In this document: in pieces, positions 28,206-40,387 of the stretch
Position numbering within the stretch: the stretch's first letter is position 1
Layout of the letters: each line of letters opens with the position of its first letter
Assembly (NCBI GenBank): GCA_030390025.1
Contig: CM059432.1
Coordinates: 93,932,001-93,996,000, forward strand
Length of the DNA: 64,000 nucleotides
Origin: Squalus acanthias
Taxonomy: Eukaryota
Direction: 5' to 3'
Notes under the pieces: model-generated
The model's input: only the letters and a program-made list of their open reading frames with translations
Databases searched by the model: none
Told to the model about the DNA's origin: nothing
Translations under genes and position numbers: made by a program

Positions 28206-28679
28206 CGTGGGGCATTTTCTGCAAAACCAGGAGCAACATGGTGAGTGGGAGCGACGCCAAGGGAGGAGCAGCCAGCACAGGGTGAGTGAAACCTGGAGAC
28301 TCTACTGTGGGTAAATGGTGAAAGATGGTTTCCACTGGAGCATGAATGGGGAGCAAAGGTATGGAGACGGAAGATTCTCACTGCACCAGGGAGCTGCTCA
28401 CCTTCATTTTACATCATAAGCTCCAATACATGGGGAGTGAGTAGCACGGAGCCCAGCTTCTACAGAGTACGAAACTAGGGAACTTGGTGAGTGAGGGGTA
28501 AGAGGTGCTGCTTGATACATTAAAAAAAAACACAACTAGGGTTAAATTAGGACTGTGGGCTAAGTTACAGTAAAGACCTAAAGCATATAACTATATTTAA
28601 TAAATTAAACAAGGTTATTACCTAGATTAAAAACTATTAATAGACAATTGAGTATTTCAAAACTTGAAAACCTAGTTTT

Positions 28680-29800
28680 TTTTTATTTGTTTATGGGATG
28701 TGGGCGTCACTGGCAATGCCAGCATTTATTCCCCATCCCTAATTGCCCTTGAGAACGTGGTGGTGAGCCATCTTCTTGAACCGTTACAGTCAGTGTGGTG
28801 AAGGTACTCCCACAGTGCTGTTAGGGAGGGAGTTCCAGGATTTTGACCCATCGACGATGTACTTCTAAGTCAGGATGGTGTGTGACTTGGAGGGGAACTT
28901 GGAGGTGGTGGTGTTCCCATGCGCCTGCTGCCTTTGTCCTTCTAGGTGGAAGAGGTTGCGGGTTTGGGAGGTGCTGCCGAAGAAGCCTTAGCAAGTTGCT
29001 GCAGTGCATCTTGTAGATGGTACACACTGTAGCCACGGTACACCGGTGGTGGAGGGAGTGAATGTTTAAGGTGGTGGATAGGGTGCCAATCAAGCGGGCT
29101 GCTTTGTCCTGGATGGTGTCGAGCTTCTTGAGTGTTGTTGGAGCTGCACTCATCCAGGCAAGTGGAGAGTATTCCATCACACTCCTTACTTGTGCCTTGT
29201 AGATGGTAGAAAGGCTTTGGGGAGTCAGGAGGTGAGACATTCGCCACAGAATACTTGCCTCTGACCTGCTCTTGTTGCCACAGTATTTATGTGGCTGGTC
29301 CAGTTAGGTTTCTGGTCAATGGTGACCCCCAGGATGGGGATTCGGCGATGGTAATGCTGTTGAATGTCAAGGGGCGGTGTTTAGACTCTCACTTGTTGGA
29401 GATAGTCATGGCCTGACACTTCTGTGGCACGAATGTTACCTGCCACTTATCAGCCCAAGCCTGAACATCGTCCAGGTCTTGTTGCACGCGGGCATGGACT
29501 GCTTCATTATCTGAGGGGTTGTGAATGGCACTGAACACTGCAGTCATCAGCGAACATACCCATTTCTGACCTTATGTTGGAGGGAAGGTCATTGATGAAG
29601 CAACTGAAGATGATTGGGCCAAGGACACTGCCCTGAGGAACTCCTGCAGCGATGTCCTGGGGCTGTGAAGATTGACCTTCAAATCACCACAACCATCTTC
29701 CTTTGTGCTTGGTATGACTCCAGCCTGTGGAGAATTTCCCCAACCCCCCTCCCGATTCCCACTTCAGTTTTACTAGGGCTCCTTGATGCCACACTCGATC
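28680..29800 (-). mobile_element. CR1/L2-group LINE (second family) inserted in the CR1 5'UTR
   Basis: ORF IYKAQVRSVMEYSPLAWMSAA; same tail as 46163-47650 in reverse. Confidence 0.92.
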
Positions 29801-32161
29801 AAATTAGTTAAATAAAATACAACAGAGATGGCAGGGCAGGTGATGTGTTGCAGCTGTAGCATGTGGGAGATGGTGGACCCCAATGTGATCCACAGTAACC
29901 ACATCTGCATTAAGTGTCTGCAGTTAGAGGAACTTTGGCTCAGAGTTGATGAGCTGGAGTCCGAGCTTCGGACACTGCGATACATCAGGGAGGGAGAAAG
30001 TTACCTGGACACTTTGTTCCAGGAGGCAGTCACACTCCTTAGGTTAAATACTTCAGATCTGGTCCGTGGTCAGGGACAGGAGGGTGCAACTACAAGTGAG
30101 GCAGGTATGGGGATCCAGAAGGTAGCATTGGAGGAGCCTCAGCCCTTGCACTTGTCCAACAGTAGCCTGTATGGACGAGAGCAGGGACTGCAGGGAGGAT
30201 GAGCAAACTGACCACAGCATCGTGGTACAGGGGGCCATTCAAGTTGGGGGAGTAAAAAGGAATATAGTAGTGGTAGGAGGCAGTATAGTTAGGGGGATAG
30301 ATACTGTTCTCTGTAGCTGAGAGCGTGAGTCCCGAATGCGGTGTTGCCTGCCAGGGTTAAGGACATCTCCTCAGGGCTGGAGAGGAACTTGGAGTGGGAG
30401 GAGAAGGGTCCAGTTGTCGTGGTCCACGTAGGTACCAACGACATAGGTAGGACTAAGAAAGAGGTTCTGCTGAGGGCTTATGAGCAGCTAGGGGCTAAAT
30501 TAAAAAGCAGAAACACAAAGGTAATAATCTCCGTATTACTACCTGAGCCACAAGCACATTGGCATAGGGTCGGTAAAAGAGAGTTGAATGCGTGGCTCAA
30601 GGATTGGTGTGAGAGAAACGGGTTTTGACTCATGGGGCACTGGCACCAGTACTGGGGAAAGAGGGAGCTGTTCTGCTGGGGCTGGCTTCACTTGAACCGT
30701 GCTGGGACTAGTGTCCTGGCGAATCGAATAACTGGGGCTGTAGATAGGGCTTTAAACTAAATAGTGGGGTGGGGGGTGGCGGGAGGGAAGGGGAGGGTTC
30801 ACGTGAGGGGAAACTTAGAAAGTTAAAGAGAAAGGACCAGGCAATAGTGCAGGGTAGCGATAGGGGTAATGATAACCAGAGTGTGACAGGAAGGAACAGA
30901 GCGTACAAGCATAAGAGTGCACCAGTAAATAGGGTCACAGTAGGGAAAAATGGTAAAAAGACAAAATTAAAGGCTCTTTATCTGAATGCATGCAGCATTC
31001 GTAACAAGATAGATGAATTGACGGAAAATAGAAATAAATGGGTATGATCCGATAGCCAATACAGAGACGTGGTTGCAGGGTGACCAAGGTAGAGAACTGA
31101 ATATTCAGGGGTATTTAACATTTCGGAAGGGTAGGCAGAAAGGAAAAGGATGTGGGGTAGCTCTGTTAATAAAGGATGATATCAGTGCAGTAGTGAGAAA
31201 TGATCTTGGCTCAGAAGATCAAGATGTAGAATCAGTTTGGGTGGAGATAAGAAATAGTAAGGGAAAGAAGTCACTGGTGGGAGTAGTCTATAGGCCCCCT
31301 AACAATAGCTACACTGTAGGACAGAGTATAAATCAATGAAATAATGGGGGCTTGTAAGAAAGGTACTGCAATAATTGTGGGCGATTTTAATCTTCATATA
31401 GATTGGACAAATCAAATTGGCAAGGGTAGCCTTGAGGACGAGTTCATAGAGTGTATTCAGGACAGTTTCTTAGAACAATACGTTGTGGAACCAAACAGAG
31501 AACAGGCTATTTTATATCTGGTAATGTGTAATGAGACAGGATGAATTAATGATCTCACAGTAAAGGATCCTCTCGGGAAAAGTGATCATAGCATGATAGA
31601 ATTTCAAATTCAGTTTGAGGGTGAGAAACTTAGGTCTGAAATTAGTGTCTTAAACTTAAATAAAGGCAATTACAAAGGTATGAAGACAGAGTTGGCTAAA
31701 GTGGACTGGGAAAATAGATTAAAAAGTAAGATGGTAGATAAGCAGTGGCAGACTTTTAAGGAGATATTTCATAACTCTCAACAAAGATATATTCCAGTGA
31801 GAAAGAAAGACTCTACGAGAAGGATGAACCATCCATGGCTAACTAAGAAAGTTAAGGATGGTATCAAATTGAAAGAAAAGGCATACAATGTTGCAAAGAT
31901 TAGTGGTAGGTTAGAAGATTGAGAAATTTTTAGAAACTTGCAAAGGATGACTAAAAAAATAATAAAGAGGGAGAAAATAGATTATGAGAGTAAACTAGCA
32001 AGAAATATAAAAACAGACAGTAAGAGCTTCTACAAGTATATAAAAATGAAGAGAGTAGCTAAAGTAAACGTTGGTCTCTTCGAGGATGAGACTGGGGAAT
32101 TAATAATGGGAAACGAGGAAATGGCAGAGACTTTGAACAAATATTTTGTATCTGTCTTCAC

Positions 32162-32468
32162 AGAATCACAGAATCCCCACAGTGCAGATAGAGGCCATTT
32201 CGGCCCATCGAGGCTGCACCGACACATATTCCACCCTATCCCGTAACCCCACGTATTTAATCCCCCCTAACACTAAGGGTCAATTTATCATAGCCAAATC
32301 AACCTTACCCGCACATCTTTGGACTGTGGGAGGAAACCGGAGCACCCGGAGGAAACCCACGCAGACACGGGCAGAATGTGCAAACTCCACACAGACAGTC
32401 ACCCGTGGCCGGATTCGAACCCGGGTCCCTGGCGCTGTGAGGCAACAGTGCTAACCACTATGCCACCG
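32162..32468 (-). mobile_element. HE1-like tRNA-derived V-SINE inserted in CR1 ORF2
   Basis: A/B boxes (tggcatagtgg, ggttcgaatcc), V-domain (gggtttcctccgggtgctccggtttcctccc), CR1-like tail (attctgtg)n; host sequence ctgtcttcac|..gtagaagac resumes. Confidence 0.93.
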
Positions 32469-32498
32469 GTAGAAGACACTATAAGCATCCCAATAATA

Positions 32499-34203
32499 AC
32501 ATAAGAACATAAGAAATAAGAGCAGGAGTAGGCCATATGGCCCCTTGTGCCTACTCCGCCATTCAGTAAGATCATGGCTGATCATCGACCTCAACTCCAC
32601 TTTCCCGCCCCATCTCCGTATCCCTCGATTCCCCTAGAATCCAAAAATCTATCTATCTCAGCCTTGAATATACTCAAAGACTCAGCATTCACAGCCCTCT
32701 GGGGCAGAGAATTCCAAAGATTCACAGCCCTCGGTGAAGAAATTCCTCCTCATCTCAGGATAAGGGGTAGGCCATTTAAGACTGAGACTATGCCCCCTAG
32801 TTCTAGACACTCTAGCCAGGGGAAACAACCTCTCAGCATTTACCCTGTCAATCCCCTTCAGAATCTTGTATGTTTCAATGAGATCACCCCTCATTCTTCT
32901 AAACTCCAGAGAGTATAGGCCCATTCTACACAATCACTCATCATAGGACAGCCCTCTCATCCCAGGAATCAATCTAGTGAACCTTCTCTGCACCGCCTCC
33001 AAGGCAAGTATATCCTTCCTTAGTTAAGGAGACCAAAACTGTGCACAGTACTCCAGGTGTGGTCTCACCAGGGCCCTGTACAATTGTAGCAAGACTTCCT
33101 TACTCTTATACTCCAACCCCCTTGCAATAAAGGCCAGCATGCCATTTGCCTTCCTTATTGCTTGCATACTAGTTTTCTGTGTTTCTTGCACGAGGACACC
33201 CAAATCTCTCTGAACACCAACATTTGAAAGTTTCTCACCATTTAAAAAATATTCTGTTTTTCTATTCTTCCTACCAAAGTGAATAACCTCACATTTCCCT
33301 ACATTATACTCCATCTGCCACCTTACTGCCCACCTCACTTAATCTATCTATATCCCTTTGCAGACTCTTGGTGATTTTGTGAACGGGGGCACTATGGAGG
33401 CGGGACTGCTGCTTGGCGGGTCGATGTCACGCCTCCATCGATTTGTGGCCAACTCACGTTATTTTCCCTTGATTGACTTTGTTAAGCCCACCCAGCGGGC
33501 TTAACAAGACCAATTAAGAGAAAGCCGGTTGCAGAGCATGTCAACGTATGACATTTCAACTGTGACATTCTCTGCAGTTTGATGAGGTCTTGCATAGAAG
33601 ACCTCATCAACCTTCTTTGTTTTACAGAAATGAGATGTTTGTTGCATCTGAGAATGCAACGGCCATCTCTCATCTGCAACACGGAGGTCCGAGACTCTCC
33701 ACATACAAACCGACTGAAGCCTGCAGGAAGAAACAAAGGGAAGTACACTTTTAAAAACACTTCGCACTTACCTCAGATACTCACCTCTACACTCTTGCAC
33801 CCATAATTTAACTTCACACCACACTTTTGCACCCCCCACCAACCCCCGCAGACCCAGTACTCGCCTCGCTGAGCTGGCGTGTTTGAGCTTTCGGGAACCC
33901 CGCACTTGAGGGCAAAAAGGGGATAATCCTATTTTCTGCCTGTTAAGTACCTGTTAACAGGCAGTTAATAGGCTTTAATCCCTTCCTGCCTCCAAGGAGT
34001 CGGGACCCGCCGCGGGACGGCTACCCGCCTCCTGGGAAGATGGCATGGAGGCGGGTTGGGCAGCCGCCCCCAAATTCTGCCATTTTCCTGGCAGTCCCGC
34101 CTCCATACCCGCCTCCCCAGGGCTGGCAAAATCGCCCCCCTTGTGTTCTCCTCACAGCTTACTGTCCCACCTAGCTTTGTATCATCAGCAAACTTGGATA
34201 CAT
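32499..34203 (-). mobile_element. 5'-truncated CR1 inserted antisense in the CR1 ORF2
   Basis: (acataaga)n tail; ORFs RRMRGDLIETYKIL and LYRALVRPHLEYCAQFWSP; host resumes at gtggaaaatcaagggg. Confidence 0.93.
33371..34140. mobile_element. Harbinger-type non-autonomous element, TTG TSD, inside the antisense CR1
   Basis: GTGATTTTG ... CAAAATCGCCCC; TTG on both flanks; host cagactct|ttgtgttctcctcac is restored on removal. Confidence 0.75.
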
Positions 34204-37059
34204 TAGTGGAAAATCAAGGGGCAAAAGGGAGGAACTTAAAACAATCACTATCACTAGAGAAAAAATAATAACTAATGGGACCAAAGGCTGACAAGTCTCC
34301 TGGACCTGATGGCCTGCATCCTAGGGTCTTAAACGTGGCTGCAGAGATTATGGATTTATTGGTTGTAATCTTCCAAAATTCTCTGGACTCTGGAACGGTC
34401 CCAGCGGATTGGAAAACCGCAAATGTAACGCCCATATTCAAGAAAGGAGGGCGACAGAAAGCAGGAAACTATAGGCCAGTTAGCCTAACATCTGTCATTG
34501 GGAAAATGATGGAATCCATTATTAAGGAAGTAGTAGCAGGACATTTAGGAAATCATAATACAATCAAGCAGAGTCAGCATGGTTTTATGAAAAGGAAATC
34601 ATGTTTCACAAATTTATTAGAGTTCTTTGAAGGTGTAACGAGCAGGGTGGGTATAGGGGAACCAGTAGATGTTGTGTATTTGGATTTCCAAAAGGCATTC
34701 GATAAGGTGCCACATAAAAGGTTCCTGCACAAGATAAGAGCTCATGTCGTTGGGGGTAATATATTAGCATGGATAGAGGATTGGCTAACTAACAGAAAAC
34801 AGAGTGTCGGGATAAATGGGTCATTTTCAGGTTGGCAAACTAACTAGTGGGGTGCCACAGGGATCAGTGCTGGGGCCTCAACTATTTACCATCTATATTA
34901 ATGACCTGGATGAAGGGACAGAGTGTACTGTAGCCAAATTTGCTGACGATACAATAGGTGGGAAAGCAAGTTGTGAGGAGGACATAAAGTCTGCAAAGGG
35001 ATATAGATAGGTTAAGTGAGTGGGCAAACATTTGGCAGATGGAGTATAATGTGGAAAAATGAGGTTATCCACTTTGGTAGGAAGAATAGAAAAGCAAAAT
35101 ATTATTTAAATGGAGAGAGACTACAGAATGCTGCGGTAGAGAGGGATCTGGTTGTCCTCGTACATGAAACACAAAAAGTTAGCATGCAGGTACAGCGAGT
35201 AATTAGGAAGACAAATGGAATGTTGGCCTTTATTGCAAGGGGTTGGAGTATAAGAGTAGGGAAGTCTTGCTGCAACTGTACAGGGTGTTGGTGAGACCAC
35301 ACCTAGGAGTACTGCATACAGTTTTGGTCTCCTTATTTAGAGAGGGATATACTTGCATTGGAGGCAGTTCAGAGAAGGTTCACTAGGTTGATTCCTCAGA
35401 TGAAGGGGTTGTCTTATGAGGAAAGGTTGAGCAGGTTGGACCTATACTCATTGGAGTTTGGAAGAATGAGAGGGGATCTTATTGAAACATAAGATTTTGA
35501 GGGGGCTTGACAGGGTAGATGCCGAGAGGATGTTTCCCCTCGTGGGGGAATCTAGAGCTAGGGGGCATAGTTTCAGAATAAGGGGGCACCCTTTTAAGAC
35601 GGAGATGTGGAGGAATTTCTTCTCAGAGGGTCGTTTATCTTTGGAATTCTCTACCCCAGAGAGCTGTGGAGGCCGAGTCATTGAATATATTCAAGGCTGA
35701 GAGACAGATTTTTGAACTACAGGGGAGTCAAGGATTATGGGGGAACATCAAGAAAAGTGGAGTTGAGGCAAAGATCAGATCAGCCATGATCTTATTGAAT
35801 GGCGGAGCAGGTTCAAGGGGCCGAATGGCCTACTCCTACTCCTATTTCTTATGTTCTTATGTGAGATGTAGGAGGGCTGTGTATGGGCTAGCAGCGGCCC
35901 ACAGTGGTGCTGTGGAGCTGGGAGGAGCACTCCTGCTCCTCCATTCCCCACAGAAGTTGAAGCAGAAAAAAAAACTTTCCCTACCATTTCATCAGTGACC
36001 TCCAGCATTCCCTTTAAACACCGCTGTAGAACTGAAAAAAACTAGTCAGAGCTTGCATGGCACATGCTCCATCTAGTTTTTCCATGCATTTGAAAAAGGA
36101 TCCTGAAACATGCACAGGATCCTTCTTTACATATTTAAATTGATCCAACGCTAAAGTCAAGCGGCTGCCAGGTACCCTTATAACAGTGAGGACCAATATA
36201 GTGGTAACCACACCACCAGCACAGATTAGGTGCATGACCTTGCACCCAGAAATTGGTATACATTGCATCCGTTTTACGCTCAAAAAAATGGATGAAATGC
36301 ATACCAATTTTTACCGCAGTATGTCCAAGTAACGTTCGCTGAAAGGGCCAGGATGTTGGATCAAGCCGACCATGGAAATCGAGTTTGACACCCTTGCTTT
36401 AATAGATGATTATTTACATAGGTGAGCCTTAGATAAGAGCTGGAGTAATTGACATTTTGGTTTGTGTAGGAGTATTGATGCAGGTTTTCTTGGTTTGTGT
36501 ACCAAAGCTGATAATGTTAATTGACTTTGTATAAACAAGAGGTCATTATATAGATAACATTATATATCTGAGAGCGTTTACAAGGCAGTCAAGTAATCAA
36601 GGGGTTCAAAGCCTGCTAAGTTTGTAACAATCACCTGACCCCCCTTGATTGGATTATTCAAGGATGTTTAGTTCAATTTTACTGAATGCTAACAATTATC
36701 TTTTGTGCCAGTACTGGCTATCAGCGAGAAAACTTTCAATGTACTTCATTATGTTGATAATGCTCACACTGCAGCATTAACAATTACAAGTTTAGCAAGA
36801 AATAAATTGCAGTTGATTACCAAGTACAGTCCCCACCGCTTATAGCGGGCATGTTGATGTCAACATTATTTACCTGCTACACGCAGTGGCCGGTGTAAGT
36901 CAAAAAAAATAATTTATAAAGTACTTTACAGATGTGGGGCAAAATAAAAATAGATGAAAAAATTGTACAAATAGAAATACCTACACTGTATAATGGACAA
37001 TCCTCCAAATTGTAATGAAAATGACACTTCCAGCCGTCCGAGATCCTGGAGCTAGCAGG

Positions 37060-37338
37060 ACAACAAGAACTTGGGGTCACAGTCTCATAATAAGGGGTCA
37101 GCCATTTAGGACTGAGATGAGGAAAAATTTCTTCACTCAGAGGGTTGTGAATTTTTGGCACTGGCTGAGAGCTGTGGATGCTCAGTCATTGAGTATATTC
37201 AAGACAGAAATGGATAGATTTTTAGATACTAAGGGAATCAAGGATATGTGGATAGTGCCAGAAGGTGGAGTTGAGGTGGAAGATCAGCCATGATCTTACT
37301 GAATGGCCTACTCCTGCTTCTATTTCTGTTCTTATGAT
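37060..37338 (+). mobile_element. CR1 3' end
   Basis: RTWGHSLIIRGQPFRTEMRKNFFTQRVV plus tail. Confidence 0.9.
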
Positions 37339-37824
37339 TGTCCCTACACTGCAGCTTGCCATCCGCAACAATGAGGAGCTCAACAAGTTGGCTAGAAGGG
37401 TATGCAGCAGTCACAGGAGTTCTAGAGATGGAAAATAAAAGCCCAAGCAGAATTCTATTGTGCACACTCTTTAAAAAAAATTTAAATTACTGACCTATTC
37501 CTATTCACTGAAAATTGGCAAACACTAAACAAACATATGAAATCTACAGCAACATGACCCAATGTTTTTTAGATGTAATTTCAGCTTACTTTCTTTAATA
37601 CTAGATTTTGCTACAGCTTCTATGAAACATTACTAACTAAAATGCAATCACTAATCCTATTCCACACATTGCTTAACTGGTTGTGAGCCTTTTATTTTGC
37701 TAGCAAAGCATCCAATATAAAACTGGTCCACTTGAGACAGCATGCAATGGACATCTGCAATCAGCATTTCAATTTGGTTGTAAACAATCTAGTGATGGGA
37801 CACCTAATTATTTAAAGATTAAAT

Positions 37825-38210
37825 GTCAGCCTTGGCTTAGTCTCACTTCTGAGTCAGCAGCTCGTATTTTCAAGACTCACTCCAGGACTTGAGCATATAA
37901 TCTAGGATAACACTTCAGTGCAGTTCTGAGAGAGTGCTGTGCTGCCAGAGATGCCATCGTTCAGATAAGATGTTAGAACAGACAGGGCTTCAGTTTATCA
38001 GTTGGATATAAAAGATCCCATGGCACTAGTCAAACAAGAGCAGGTGACTTCTCCCACCGGCACAGCCAACATATATCCCTCAATCAATACCCCAAAAACA
38101 GACTAACTGGTCATTTTCTCATTGCCCTGCATAACACACTTCAAAAGTAATTCATTGGCACTTTATAATGTCCTGAGGATAGTAAAGGAGCTATAAAATG
38201 CAACTATGCT
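37825..38210 (+). mobile_element. Degenerate Deu-domain SINE
   Basis: taaaagatcccatggcacta core. Confidence 0.75.
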
Positions 38211-38984
38211 TTATTTTCTTTGTACGGTAATTTGATAAGGAAAGTAGTTCAGCATTTATATGATCTATATAATTTTTTCTGTTATCTTGCACTCCTACAG
38301 AGCTTGATAGCCAAAGCTGTGTAAGTGTTTAAAACGTTTAATCAAGATTCATAAAGTATTCATAAAAATATTTTGTAGCCTATAATTGTTGAGAAACATT
38401 GAGTTGGTTCCACTCCGCTGTCATAACTCCGTCAGAAGTGCTGCGAAAACCCCATTTACGCATGTAAATGGGACCACCACCATATTTCCAATGAAATTAT
38501 GTAGCTCCGAGGAAATCACCGGCCACAGAGCATTTGCATGCAGTCTTGCTTCAAAAGAATCTCTTTTTGAAGACTTGATGATACACCTCCTCTGGTTACT
38601 ATAATATCACATGTCTGTGTTTTAAATCAAACAAGCATTGGAGTCTTGTATTAGCAGAACTCCTGGCCCTAGTGACCAACACTCCAACCAGCTTATTACA
38701 AATGAGTTTTTCCAAGTTTTCAACTTATCCAACCCAGCAGCAACTGCCAGACAGACACATACCTCCCTCCAGCCAGGCAAAATGCCAAGGTGCATACATG
38801 ACACAACCAGAATGCTGATTATGTTGGACAGGTGTCTGGGTGCTGAGGAACTTCAAGCAAACAGGCTCACAGCTTTAGAGCTTAGCAAACTGAAGGAATT
38901 GTGACTGTTTCTCTGAGAAGCAAAGGAACTTGGTCATCAGTCAAGTTAAATTATTGAATTTAGGAATATAGTCTGAAACAGATT

Positions 38985-39734
38985 GGCCCAAAAATTAGTG
39001 TCTCTACGCGAGAGTACGCACTGTGTACTCTCGCGTATTCTGTCTCCAATTGCCGGTTTTCTGCATGCACTGCGCATGCGCTGAAAACCGGCACTTGGTG
39101 ATTTCAAAAGGGGGCGGTTCCTAGGTGAACCGCGTGTGCGCTACAGGCTGCGCGCACGCAGTGCACTTAGTGCTTTGAACGCGCAGGTAAGCATGGAAGA
39201 TTTTGCACATAAAGAAAGGAGGCGTAAGACCCTCTTTTAACAAGGTAAGTAGTTAATTAAGTATTATTTTGAATTTTTTCCAACAGGTATATTTTTTTTT
39301 TTTTTTAGAGACTTTAAAGAAAGGTAAGTTTATTTTTATAACTTTTTAAAAGATTTTAAATTTTTCAAAAATTTTATTTTTTGTTTAAAGTGGTTAATTT
39401 ATTTAACTATATTTATTTTATTAATGTGATGGGGTTTTTTTTTAATTTAATTGAGGTTTAGCTGTTCTTTTGAGGGGGTATAGATTCATAGCTTTCACAG
39501 CACTTGCTGTGAAAACTATGAATGAAAGATGGTGTGCTGCCATTGGCTCTAACTGAATCACGTGATCCCACAGCTCGCACGAATTAACTGCGCCTGTGGG
39601 ATACGGAAGCACTGCACAGCTGCTGTCTAGAAAATCAAGTTCGTGCGAGCTCGGAATGAAAAGGCAGGCGCGCAGTGAGATATCGCGGGGAAGCCTTACC
39701 CCCGCACGAAGGCTCCGTCATTAATTTCTGGGCC
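38985..39734 (+). mobile_element. 750-bp non-autonomous TIR element, copy 2, ATT TSD
   Basis: TIR as in copy 1; ATT at 38982-38984 and 39735-39737. Confidence 0.9.
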
Positions 39735-40387
39735 ATTGTATTATTCACAGAACTAGATGTGCTCACGTCAAGGTACCCCAGTTATCTAATAGCAAAATAT
39801 ATGGCCACAAACCAAGTTTTTTAGCAATATGTAAAGAATTCTTGATCAAACCACCCAGTAAAACCGTTGGTGTTATTGATGGCAGATGCAATCCAGAATC
39901 AAAGCTCCCAGTTCCGGATAATGAATATGAATACTGGTTTACATCAGCAATTTTTCAGTGGTTCTGTTAAAAAAAAACTGCTCATGTTAACCTCCCATTT
40001 CCCACAGTGACAAAGTTAATTCAGCACAAGTCTTAATTTTCCCATTTTAGATTCCCCCAAAATTTACACTATTTGGCAGCTGTGAAGACAGGGATCTATT
40101 TCCAAGCCACTGCCAAGCCAATGTCACTGAGAAACCTCCTGCTACAAGGTAACTGTGGTCCTGGTTGCCTCCCTCTGGACAACCCTACTGAAAAATCAGT
40201 GATACAAAATGTGAGAAAACTACTGATGTGAACCCACATGCTACCATCACATTGTTGCAGAACTCAACACGTCACAGCCACCTAGGCGGACAATTTAATA
40301 ACATGGGTCACGTGAAACTAGAGCACAGGGAACTCTAAATACGACAAACTACTTACCAGTTCAGTGTGAAATTCAAGTTCACCTAGA

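Larger units (their letters stand above)
28470..35860 (+). mobile_element. Near full-length CR1 LINE: 5'UTR, ORF1 (Cys-rich + coiled coil + SGNH esterase, from 29828), ORF2 (APE from ~30960, RT ~34275-35700), (TTCTTATG)n tail; inactivated
   Basis: [84 protein letters not shown]; multiple stops and frameshifts. Confidence 0.93.
26749..36396. mobile_element. hAT (Charlie-type) non-autonomous element, expanded by nested insertions
   Basis: TIR CAGGAGTGTCAAAC (26749) / GTTTGACACCCTTG (ends 36396); 8-bp flanks TTTTAATG / CTTTAATA (6/8 match). Confidence 0.65.

Noticed and set aside
26983..28381. 457-aa and 435-aa proline-rich (extensin-like) ORFs
   Set aside because: Read-through of a stop-free minisatellite; open in several frames, with no gene context.
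32390..32468. tRNA gene
   Set aside because: tRNA-derived head of an HE1-like SINE.
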